In this document: piece after piece, positions 44,855 through 52,583 of the stretch | How positions within the stretch are numbered: position 1 is the stretch's first letter | Layout: every line of letters begins with the position of its first letter | From: Candidatus Aenigmatarchaeota archaeon | Lineage (GTDB): Archaea > Aenigmatarchaeota > Aenigmatarchaeia > CG10238-14 | Reading direction: 5' to 3' | DNA length: 64,000 bases | Assembly (NCBI GenBank): GCA_018304545.1 | Contig: JAGVVZ010000002.1 | Location: 99,740 to 163,739, forward strand | Notes under the pieces: generated by a model | Told to the model about the DNA's origin: nothing | Databases searched by the model: none | The model's input: only the letters and a program-made list of their open reading frames with translations | Translations under genes and position numbers: made by a program

Positions 44855-45683
44855 CCGTTTTGTTTTTTATCATATCAGCCTGCATTTTCGCTTTTCTTAG
44901 AACGTCCTCAATTATTCCTTTATCTAATATATTCCTGTTCAAGCCAAGATTTTTGGCGTTCCAATAAGCTTTTTGTAACAGTATTTTGATAGATTCTTTT
45001 GTTGTATATTTCGTGTTTACGGCAAGGTTCAACGCATATGAATGCGCCAGTTGAAGTTTTTGGATGTATTCTTCAGTACTTACGGATAAAATACCTTTAT
45101 TAAAAACAAAACCATCTTCCCAAACCCCCAACAAGTTTATACCTATATTCATTGGTTGTATATCCAATTTTTTCAGAAGATTTGCAACATCGGTTGTTAC
45201 TTTGCCGTCTTTTTTAAGAACAATCGTTTCCTTTGAAACATGAATTTTACCTTCTTTTACCATAGCAGGTATTTTTGCTCTTTGCAATTCGCCTATGGCA
45301 GGACCCGCGGGAAGTTTTGTTGGTCCTTCGGGTATAGCTATGTCAATAGGTGTTATATCGCCCTCTTTTGCATATGTGGGTGATTTATTGCCTTCTAATA
45401 TCTTGAACAATTTGAATGGGTTGATTGCAGTAAAAATTAATGCTGGTTTTTTCATATCAATTTCATATAGTTTTTCCAGCCCGCTTCTGTTTATCTCTTT
45501 CATGGCAATTTTTATCAAACGTTTTTTGGCCATAACGATTTTTGCGTCGTTTCTCATGTCCTTTCTTATTGCCTGCAACTGTTTTGACGGCATTTTATAA
45601 AGATCCACTAACCCGATTACAGGGTATTCTTTCATGTATTTGGTCAATGTTTTTACTTGCTCCTTTTTATATTCCTTTACCAA
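44847..45683 (-). CDS. rplP0: Ribosomal stalk protein uL10 (P0), lacking the usual acidic/hydrophobic C-terminal tail
   Basis: 278 aa. VIGLVDLYKMPSKQLQAIRKDMR.., PAGPAIGELQRAKIP. Ends ...KAKMQADMIKNKTGV with no E/K-rich hinge or GLxxLF motif. Confidence 0.85.
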   Translation of the reverse strand: MVKEYKKEQVKTLTKYMKEYPVIGLVDLYKMPSKQLQAIRKDMRNDAKIVMAKKRLIKIAMKEINRSGLEKLYEIDMKKPALIFTAINPFKLFKILEGNKSPTYAKEGDITPIDIAIPEGPTKLPAGPAIGELQRAKIPAMVKEGKIHVSKETIVLKKDGKVTTDVANLLKKLDIQPMNIGINLLGVWEDGFVFNKGILSVSTEEYIQKLQLAHSYALNLAVNTKYTTKESIKILLQKAYWNAKNLGLNRNILDKGIIEDVLRKAKMQADMIKNKTGV

Positions 45684-45686
45684 TTC

Positions 45687-46319
45687 TTACACCTCAAGTT
45701 TTATCGGCTTGCTCATAGTCATTTTCAAAACAATCTTTCCGAGGTTATTTCTGCCCTTGGGTAGCTTGTTCTTCAAAAATTCAATTAAAATCTTAATATT
45801 CTCATTTAACTCTTCGTCTTTCATGTCCTCTGTTCCTATAACTGTATGTAATATGGGTTGTTTTTTGATTGTTAGCCTTACGCCTTTTTTGTAATCCTTT
45901 ATAGCGTTCTCCACGTTCCCTATAAGCGGTTTGGGCATTAATCCTCTAGGAGCCAGATATTTACCTAAATGTTTACCCACTACGGGCATTAACTTAGGCT
46001 CTGACAAGAACAGTTGCGTGGAATTGATAAGTTTGCTTAGTTCTTTCTTATCTTTCTCCAATTTTTCGATTTCTGCGTCCTTTACTATAATACAACCATC
46101 TATTTTCTTGTCATCAGACGAAAATAACGTAATTGATACGGGCTTTCCAAGACCATTAGGAAGTGTTACTATTTCATCGAATTTGTTATCCGCTTTGTTT
46201 ACATCAAATTCCTTTAGATTAATAATTAGATCAAATCTTTGTTTGAAACTTCTCTTCTTAGAAGACTCTCTTAATTGTTTTATTTTATCTAAATATTCCA
46301 TTCTCTTCCCTCCTGCCAT
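45687..46319 (-). CDS. rpl1: Ribosomal protein uL1
   Basis: 210 aa. FKQRFDLIINLKEFD, LPNGLGK, LAPRGLMP. Confidence 0.9.
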   Translation of the reverse strand: MAGGKRMEYLDKIKQLRESSKKRSFKQRFDLIINLKEFDVNKADNKFDEIVTLPNGLGKPVSITLFSSDDKKIDGCIIVKDAEIEKLEKDKKELSKLINSTQLFLSEPKLMPVVGKHLGKYLAPRGLMPKPLIGNVENAIKDYKKGVRLTIKKQPILHTVIGTEDMKDEELNENIKILIEFLKNKLPKGRNNLGKIVLKMTMSKPIKLEV

Positions 46320-46481
46320 TGGCAGTAAAAACGGGCTAAACTATCTTAGAGGTACAAATTTAAATATCTTTTATGTAACTACTTGTAAATAGAAATTAAC
46401 TACTGAAAGATAGAAACGTTTATAAATGAGTCTTGACATTATTAATGTTACTAAAAAGTAGTAAATATATGGTGAAATATA

Positions 46482-46703
46482 ATGCCTTATGGTATAGATC
46501 CACAGACCGCAGAAAATTTATTTTATTTGATAATGGGCACAATTATTACTGTTTCTGGAGTGGGCGCAATTTATTATGGTCGTTTAGCTCTGAAAAGTCT
46601 TCGTGGCGGAAGAGCCGGTTCAAGTCCAGTGACAGCAGAAGATAGTGATGAATCAGAGTCGGATATTTTCGATAATATACTAAAAAGATATAGAAGAGAT
46701 TAA
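46482..46703 (+). CDS. Small single-TM protein, unknown function
   Basis: 73 aa. One TM (NLFYLIMGTIITVSGVGAIYYG) and an acidic tail. Weak support. Confidence 0.3.
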   Translation: MPYGIDPQTAENLFYLIMGTIITVSGVGAIYYGRLALKSLRGGRAGSSPVTAEDSDESESDIFDNILKRYRRD

Positions 46704-46753
46704 GAACGAGTCTATGACCAACTTTTTTATTTAAGTAAACCAATTACTATTAG

Positions 46754-47230
46754 ATGAAAAATAAAGGTATATCCCCAATAGTTGCGACAGTCCTGCTTAT
46801 AGCGTTTACCTTAGCTGTTGCCAGTCTGCTCGGTGGATGGCTTACTTCTTTGACTAAAACCCAAACAGATACGATAGAACAGGGCACGTCAAAAGCAGTA
46901 AATTGTAGCAGCGCTGTTATAGATATAGTTAATGTAATCTGCGCTAATTCATCACAACAACTAAAAGTAGCTATAAATAACGTAGGCCAAAACGAACTAT
47001 GGGACTTTTCTGTATTTGCGTCTCTTAATAATACATTTTATTCTAACAGTACAGGTGGTCCTAACTCAACAAACACCTTAAAATTAGGGGAACAAATAAT
47101 CTTGGTATATGGTTGCGACAAGAACACTTATTGTGCTAACAATGCTCTTGTGAGTAAAGTCAGAGTCACACCAGGAAGCTGTCCTCAGGCATGGGCAGAA
47201 AAAACAGTAAATGTTCGATGCACGGTTTAA
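46754..47230 (+). CDS. Archaeal type IV pilin-like protein (class III signal peptide)
   Basis: 158 aa. MKNKGISPIVATVLLIAFTLAVASLLGGWL is the canonical archaeal prepilin N-terminus. 6 Cys and 5 N-x-S/T sequons lie in the globular part. Confidence 0.75.
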   Translation: MKNKGISPIVATVLLIAFTLAVASLLGGWLTSLTKTQTDTIEQGTSKAVNCSSAVIDIVNVICANSSQQLKVAINNVGQNELWDFSVFASLNNTFYSNSTGGPNSTNTLKLGEQIILVYGCDKNTYCANNALVSKVRVTPGSCPQAWAEKTVNVRCTV

Positions 47231-47637
47231 CTCTTCTTTAAATCTTTACCTAATTTTACGACAACTTTTCCTAAAGTATCAAATTTTTCAACGAATTTAT
47301 TATCTAATTCAAAAACCCTTTTTGTTATTTCTCTATACTTTTTTTCTTGTTCTCTTCTAAAGTCTTCCAATTTCATTTCAGAATTAAAGTTATCCAGTCT
47401 TTTTTCTATTATTTCCTTTTCAATAGATTGCAATTTCTCATCAATGCTGTTAGGGCTATTATAAAACTTTTTCAATAAACTGTAGTTCCTCTCGTTGTAG
47501 TATAATTGTATGCCAATCATAGCGAGTATGGACATTAAAACTAGAAAACTTGTTAATTCAAGAAACTTTGCAGATATGATTAATGAAGTTACTGATATTA
47601 CCCAAAAGCCCCATAATACAACAGAGAATTTCATCAA
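47227..47637 (-). CDS. Two-TM protein with a coiled-coil C-terminus, unknown function
   Basis: 136 aa. Two hydrophobic helices followed by a K/E-rich heptad-like region. Confidence 0.4.
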   Translation of the reverse strand: MMKFSVVLWGFWVISVTSLIISAKFLELTSFLVLMSILAMIGIQLYYNERNYSLLKKFYNSPNSIDEKLQSIEKEIIEKRLDNFNSEMKLEDFRREQEKKYREITKRVFELDNKFVEKFDTLGKVVVKLGKDLKKS

Positions 47638-47780
47638 ATCCTAATATTTCAATGAATGAAAAAGTTAAGTAGTTTACTAGAAATGGTATTTTAATATAAA
47701 ATATATCGAACATTGTAAAATCGATTAATATGTCAAATAAATTATTTTTTGAAAACAGCAACGGAAACAAACTTTATGGT

Positions 47781-48401
47781 TTATTTCAATAAAGAATCAT
47801 ACTTCCCTTCATCTATTTCTTTCAAAATTTCTTTTGCAGGTTTGCCTTCAATAGTTAAGGGCATACTTACGACAGCACCAACAATTTCTTTCACAGCCTT
47901 TTTAAAATCTTTAGCTAGTAAAGAATCTCTTTTCATTTTTGTTATTTTTACAATTTGTTCCATTTTCAAATTTCCAAAAATTATTCTTTCCTTTTTTTCC
48001 TCTTTTTTAGGTGCCAATTCTTCAACAGGAGTCTTTGTCGGCGTTTTAGCATCTCTCTTTTCAATTACTTCTGCAGGTTTTTTTTCTTCTACTGTCGCAG
48101 GCTTAATCTTGTCTTCAGCTTTTTTTTCAACACCCATCTTTTTCAAACCCAGTTCCTTTTTAATCAGTGAAGATACAGGCGGTACACCAACCTTTATCTC
48201 GTATGAAGATTTGCTTGTATCAATGACTATTTTCACAGGGACATTCATTCCTTTGTATTCCTTTGTTTTTTCATTTATTTCGTTGAATAGTTGTCCCATG
48301 TTAACTTTATACTGAGAAAGTTTGGGAGCGGTTGTTGGTCCAGGTTTAGCATTTCCACCTTCAATCAATAAATCTAATGTTTCTTTTCCCATACTATGCA
48401 C
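47781..48401 (-). CDS. rpl11: Ribosomal protein uL11 with an about 44-aa K/E/P-rich insertion in the inter-domain linker
   Basis: 206 aa. N-domain GGNAKPGPTTAPKL..VPVKIVID, C-domain GNLKMEQIVKITKMK..AVKEIVGAVVSM. The linker KKMGVEKKAEDKIKPATVEEKKPAEVIEKRDAKTPTKTPVEELAPKKEEKKE replaces the about 13 aa of M. jannaschii L11 (sequence from memory). Confidence 0.9.
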   Translation of the reverse strand: MHSMGKETLDLLIEGGNAKPGPTTAPKLSQYKVNMGQLFNEINEKTKEYKGMNVPVKIVIDTSKSSYEIKVGVPPVSSLIKKELGLKKMGVEKKAEDKIKPATVEEKKPAEVIEKRDAKTPTKTPVEELAPKKEEKKERIIFGNLKMEQIVKITKMKRDSLLAKDFKKAVKEIVGAVVSMPLTIEGKPAKEILKEIDEGKYDSLLK

Positions 48402-48834
48402 TCGTTTTTTGTATAATAGTCACTAGTTCCGCGTTAACCGTGACCGGTATAGGCACGGTAACTTCTATCAGTTCTATAGTAACTTCACTTTTATATTTAT
48501 CAAATCTAGTGACTCTTCCCTTTTCGCCTTTGAATGGACCGCCTATTACTTCTACTATATCACCTTCAGTTATTTGTATCTCCGTTTTCTTTGTTTCCAA
48601 AAATCTTTTTATTTCGTTAATACTTACAGGGTTTCTTAATATTCCTCTTGCATGCGGTATTTCTTTTATAACATCTTGAATATCCCTTAGTTCGCCTTCT
48701 ACAAAAATATACCCCTTTATTTCCTCAGGATGAGCCAAAGCCTTTATGTCCATGGCAGCGGTTTTAGCTTTATCCGCCATTGATTCTAAAACTATATTTT
48801 CTCTTCCTATGATTGTCTTAACAGCATAAATCAT
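48394..48834 (-). CDS. spt5: Transcription elongation factor Spt5 (NusG)
   Basis: Start set to ATG 48834 (MIYAVKTIIGRE...). KOW motif GDIVEVIGGPFKGEKGRV. Confidence 0.9.
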   Translation of the reverse strand: MIYAVKTIIGRENIVLESMADKAKTAAMDIKALAHPEEIKGYIFVEGELRDIQDVIKEIPHARGILRNPVSINEIKRFLETKKTEIQITEGDIVEVIGGPFKGEKGRVTRFDKYKSEVTIELIEVTVPIPVTVNAELVTIIQKTSA

Positions 48835-48835
48835 T

Positions 48836-49006
48836 TTATCCAACCATTATTGATATTAAATAGAATATAAATCCGATTGAACCAATGACCAGAAACCCTA
48901 TACCACATATTCTTAGCACTTCTTTCATATTCTTTGCTGTCGGTTTTTTGGCCACTTGTAGTACTCTTCTGTATTTTGCAATACTCTCCTTTATATTGAG
49001 TTTCAT
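48836..49006 (-). CDS. secE: Preprotein translocase subunit SecE (Sec61 gamma); 56 aa, not in the ORF track
   Basis: Hand translation gives MKLNIKESIAKYRRVLQVAKKPTAKNMKEVLRICGIGFLVIGSIGFIFYLISIMVG. It occupies the conserved position between ftsZ and spt5. Confidence 0.75.
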   Translation of the reverse strand: MKLNIKESIAKYRRVLQVAKKPTAKNMKEVLRICGIGFLVIGSIGFIFYLISIMVG

Positions 49007-49064
49007 ATTAAATCACAAATTTAGATTGTTTTTATATAATAAAATAGATTTTTAAAGAATTCGA

Positions 49065-50153
49065 TCACTCTAAAAACTCTATGCCGAGCTCTTCTTCTAT
49101 GACAGTTTTTTTTGGTTTGAATAGATCTTCAGTTGTATAATCTTCCCCACCTTCAACACCAGTTATTATGAGCATAGCTCTTATGACATCTCCCATATCT
49201 TTTGAGACCTGAGCACCCCAAATAATTTTAGCATCCTCTGATAGTTTATTCGATATAGCTTCTACAACTTCCTGGGCCTCTTTTATGGTCATATCCTGTC
49301 CGCCAGTAACATTAATTATTGCCCCAGATGCGCCGCCTATGTCTAACGATAATAATGGATTTGCTAAGGCCTTTTCTACCGCTTCTACAGCCCTGTTTTC
49401 TGAATTGCTTTCACCTATTCCAATCATAGCTAACCCACCTTTCCTCATAACAGCTTTTACGTCAGCCAGGTCAAGATTAATTAATCCAGGCGTTGTAATC
49501 AGTTCAGCAACACCTTTAACTGAATTAACCAAAATTTCATCTGCTACTTTAAAAGCAGTAGCCAGGCTTACATTAGGGACGACTTCTAATAATCTATCAT
49601 TAGGGATTATAATTATTGTATCGACAACTTTCCTGAGATTTTCCAACCCCACCTTTGCATTTTTCATTCTTGTTTTTCCTTCCATAGTGAACGGTAAAGT
49701 GACTATACCAATTGTCAAAATATTCATTTTTTGTGTGATTTCAGCTACAATAGGTGCAGAGCCTGTTCCGGTTCCACCACCCAATCCGCAAGTAACAAAT
49801 ATCATATCCGCTCCCTGGATTAAATTTTTTATTTCCTCTCTACTTTCTTTAGCAGCTTCCATGCCAACATTAGGGTCGCCACCTGCGCCCAAGCCGCCTG
49901 TTAATTCTTTACCGATAAGAAGTTTCATATCAGAGTCGCAATAAAATAGATCTTGGGCATCAGTATTTAATGCAATGGTGTGAACACCCTGTATACCCAC
50001 TTCCATCATTCTTGTAATAGTGTTATTACCTGCTCCGCCACAGCCAACTACCTTTATGCTTGCTCTTTTCTCTTCAAGAAGTTTTTTTAATTCTTCATCT
50101 ACTTTGTTTTCTCTCTTTTTTATTATATCTTTTCTCATTGAAGGAACTGCCAT
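49065..50153 (-). CDS. ftsZ: Cell division GTPase FtsZ
   Basis: 362 aa. GCGGAGNN, tubulin signature GLGGGTGTGSAPIVAE, NTDAQ. Confidence 0.95.
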   Translation of the reverse strand: MAVPSMRKDIIKKRENKVDEELKKLLEEKRASIKVVGCGGAGNNTITRMMEVGIQGVHTIALNTDAQDLFYCDSDMKLLIGKELTGGLGAGGDPNVGMEAAKESREEIKNLIQGADMIFVTCGLGGGTGTGSAPIVAEITQKMNILTIGIVTLPFTMEGKTRMKNAKVGLENLRKVVDTIIIIPNDRLLEVVPNVSLATAFKVADEILVNSVKGVAELITTPGLINLDLADVKAVMRKGGLAMIGIGESNSENRAVEAVEKALANPLLSLDIGGASGAIINVTGGQDMTIKEAQEVVEAISNKLSEDAKIIWGAQVSKDMGDVIRAMLIITGVEGGEDYTTEDLFKPKKTVIEEELGIEFLE

Positions 50154-50253
50154 ATTTTATACCTTTTATTATCTCTTAGTTGTCACAACTATTAAATTTC
50201 TTAGAACGCAAACTTAAATGCCTTTTTATGAATATAAAAAAGAAAATTATTTT

Positions 50254-50907
50254 CTAGAATTCTTCGATAAATCTTATTTTCTGAATTTCCTTTATCCATT
50301 TTTTAATTATCTGAACACATTCTTCCTTTGTTTTTCTATGAACATCAACTTTTATGTTTATTTCCGCAACGCCATCTTTAACTGAAACTTCAACATCCTC
50401 ATCCTTCATTTTTATATAAAGTTCTAGGATAGCCTTTACTTGTTTATTCTCATCCTTTATCTGTTCTGTTATTTCCAAATCATATTCCAATTCTTTCCCC
50501 GCAAGTGGATGATTGAAGTCAACTGTTATTCTACCGCCAGATACAGACAGAACTCTTCCGCCAACATTGTTCATATTGACTATCATGCCGGGATAAGGTT
50601 CCATATTTTGTTTTTTGAATTCTGAAATTGGTATAAGTTTGATTAATTTTTCACTTCTTTTGCCAAAACCTTCTTCTAGAGGAACCTCGATTTTTTTCTT
50701 CTCGCCAATTTTCATGTCTTTTAGTGTTTTTTCGATGCCCTTTATAATAAGATTACTGCCGACAATAACAGGAACAGGGCCATATTTAAATTCAGGATTG
50801 AATATCGCATTTTCTTTGGCCACGTCCTCCTTTGTTAAATCAAATATTTGTCCGTTTTCCTTTATTCTACCCACAAAATCTATTCTTATGAAATCTCCTT
50901 CATTCAT
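50254..50907 (-). CDS. FKBP-type peptidyl-prolyl cis-trans isomerase (SlyD-like, with IF insert)
   Basis: 217 aa. GDFIRIDFVGR..NGQIFD, GIEKTLKDMKIGEKK, VDFNHPLAGKELEYDLEI. Confidence 0.85.
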   Translation of the reverse strand: MNEGDFIRIDFVGRIKENGQIFDLTKEDVAKENAIFNPEFKYGPVPVIVGSNLIIKGIEKTLKDMKIGEKKKIEVPLEEGFGKRSEKLIKLIPISEFKKQNMEPYPGMIVNMNNVGGRVLSVSGGRITVDFNHPLAGKELEYDLEITEQIKDENKQVKAILELYIKMKDEDVEVSVKDGVAEINIKVDVHRKTKEECVQIIKKWIKEIQKIRFIEEF

Positions 50908-51054
50908 TTTATCACATGAATAAATGTAAAAAAGTCTTTAAATATTAAACATGAAAATACACTTTTGCTTAGTTTATCAGCACTAAAAGATTAAAACTAT
51001 CAAAAATGTTTAAAGAAAAAAATATATAAAACATCCCAACAGAACTATATTTCA

Positions 51055-51405
51055 CTAGTATTCCATTAGGCTGTCTACTATTTTGTCTATTTGTTCTTTT
51101 TCTTCTGTAGTTTTTGGTTTGAAGACGTCTTTCATTCTTTCTCTTAGCATTTCTCTTTTAGCTGCATCTCCCATTTTTGCTATTGCTTTCATTGAGTTTT
51201 CTACTCTTGTCAATCTGGCTTTTGTGTCTTTTAGTTCTTTTGTAACTTCTACTAATGCAGACCATAATTGAGCAACTTTAACGTCGTCGGCTTGCATGTA
51301 GGCGCATCTATGTTTCTTTGCTTTTTCTAAAAGTTCTGCTAATTCAACTTGTCCGTCTTCGCATAAGAACTCTTTCCAGTCCTTTTCTTCTCCGAACAAT
51401 ACCAT
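51055..51405 (-). CDS. Conserved-looking coiled-coil protein, unknown function
   Basis: 116 aa. Codon usage resembles the neighbouring housekeeping genes. No motif recognised. Confidence 0.45.
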   Translation of the reverse strand: MVLFGEEKDWKEFLCEDGQVELAELLEKAKKHRCAYMQADDVKVAQLWSALVEVTKELKDTKARLTRVENSMKAIAKMGDAAKREMLRERMKDVFKPKTTEEKEQIDKIVDSLMEY

Positions 51406-51720
51406 TAAATTTCACCTTAAGAATGACTTCAAATTAAACTTTAAATACTTAACGGTAGTAACAACATTATTTATTTAATTTTCTTGTAAATTCATCTTTA
51501 ACTGAAGTTTTGAGGCCTCTTGAATTATAGACAACATATGGAATTCAAAGAAGTTATGGAATAATTTCCAACGAGTCCTATTTTTCGTAATTTTTTATAT
51601 ACTAACTACTAACGAGTTGTTGAGCGAGCAAAGTGAGAGGAATTTGAATTCCTGTTGCGCGACTGAGTGAGAATGCAGATGATACTATCTGAACGAAAGC
51701 AAGTGAATGGAATGAACGGG

Positions 51721-51735
51721 TAATGCGAAGGACGA
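51721..51735. repeat. Left arm of a 15-nt inverted repeat bracketing the nuclease ORF
   Basis: taatgcgaaggacga versus the reverse complement of 52497..52511 (taatacgaaggacga): 14/15. Confidence 0.5.
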
Positions 51736-52487
51736 TGCTTTTCAATATAATCTTCGTAATAAATAATATGATAATATGTAATGAGAAGACTATTAGATTT
51801 GGCCAGTTCTTCCAAACAAAATGTAGAAGAAGACATGTAAGATCGCATGGTACTATTCAAAACTCAATAGGTAAACATTTACAATCGTTAGGATTCGAGG
51901 TTGTTTATGAGTTTCAAGATGTTGATGAGGATTCTTCTTACAGGTACGACATAATTGCACAGAAAGGAAAGGAATTATGGATAATAGAGGTTAAGGATAT
52001 ATTGAATATTAGAAATTTTGGTCAAATAGAAGCATATTGTTTGCAGGCAAAGAAGGAAAATCCTAATGCAAAGGTTTGGCTGGGAACAGATTGTTTGAAT
52101 TATTTTGCTTTGGTTGAAGGTGAGATAGGTCAAATGGTGGAAAGATTGATGAAACAAGATGATTTAGGTATTATTCTAATTAATCCAGAACTTGTTTGGA
52201 TATTACCAGCACATAATGATTTATTGAATATCGAAGAAAAAGGACATTTGTGCGAGAGTTGTCAATATTGTGACGGATTTACTACAAATGGAGCTTGTAG
52301 GAATTTCTTAATTACAGTAGAACAAGGTTGTAAGAAGAATCCTAAAATGACAAAAACGGACGCAAATACTATTTTCGAGTATTCAGTAGAAAATTTCAAG
52401 TTTATTAAAAAAGAATTCTTAGAAATTAAAAGAAAGATGGGAAAAGGAATTTTTGAGAAGAAATCAGGAATTAAGTTAGAGTCATAG
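51723..52487 (+). CDS. RecB/Cas4-like PD-(D/E)xK nuclease-fold protein with a C-terminal Cys cluster
   Basis: 254 aa (alternative start ATG 51768). YRYDIIAQKGKELWIIEVKD (D...E-x-K), FGQIEAYCL (Q-x-x-x-Y), CESCQYCDGFTTNGAC (C-x2-C-x2-C-x7-C). Confidence 0.5.
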   Translation: MRRTMLFNIIFVINNMIICNEKTIRFGQFFQTKCRRRHVRSHGTIQNSIGKHLQSLGFEVVYEFQDVDEDSSYRYDIIAQKGKELWIIEVKDILNIRNFGQIEAYCLQAKKENPNAKVWLGTDCLNYFALVEGEIGQMVERLMKQDDLGIILINPELVWILPAHNDLLNIEEKGHLCESCQYCDGFTTNGACRNFLITVEQGCKKNPKMTKTDANTIFEYSVENFKFIKKEFLEIKRKMGKGIFEKKSGIKLES

Positions 52488-52496
52488 TTATTATAT

Positions 52497-52511
52497 TCGT
52501 CCTTCGTATTA
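52497..52511. repeat. Right arm of the 15-nt inverted repeat
   Basis: tcgtccttcgtatta, 10 nt after the ORF stop. Confidence 0.5.
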
Positions 52512-52583
52512 TTTCGTCGCAACAACTATTAAGCGAGATAAATATTCGTTTAATGACCTAATACGGATAAAAGGTGAATTTGT

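Noticed and set aside
45931-49944. Long antisense ORFs inside conserved genes (45931..46392, 47749..48315, 49285..49944; similarly 22693..23232 inside polB and 39106..39600 inside nop5)
   Set aside because: Each is fully contained in the opposite strand of a gene with unmistakable family motifs (uL1, uL11, FtsZ, PolB, Nop5). Their products are S/F/L/I-rich shadow translations with no motifs.
51480-51735. Possibility of a structured RNA gene (tRNA-like, SRP RNA or RNase P RNA) in the G+C-richer spacer
   Set aside because: I found no cloverleaf, no T-loop (ggaatttgaattcc gives a 4-6 nt loop, not TTCRANT) and no recognisable SRP or RNase P conserved blocks. It is kept only as part of the repeat/insert finding.
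51609-51860. Minus-strand track ORF of 83 aa upstream of the nuclease gene
   Set aside because: It runs across the purine-rich repeat region and the inverted-repeat arm and into the antisense of the nuclease ORF. The translation is S/R/N-rich with no motif.
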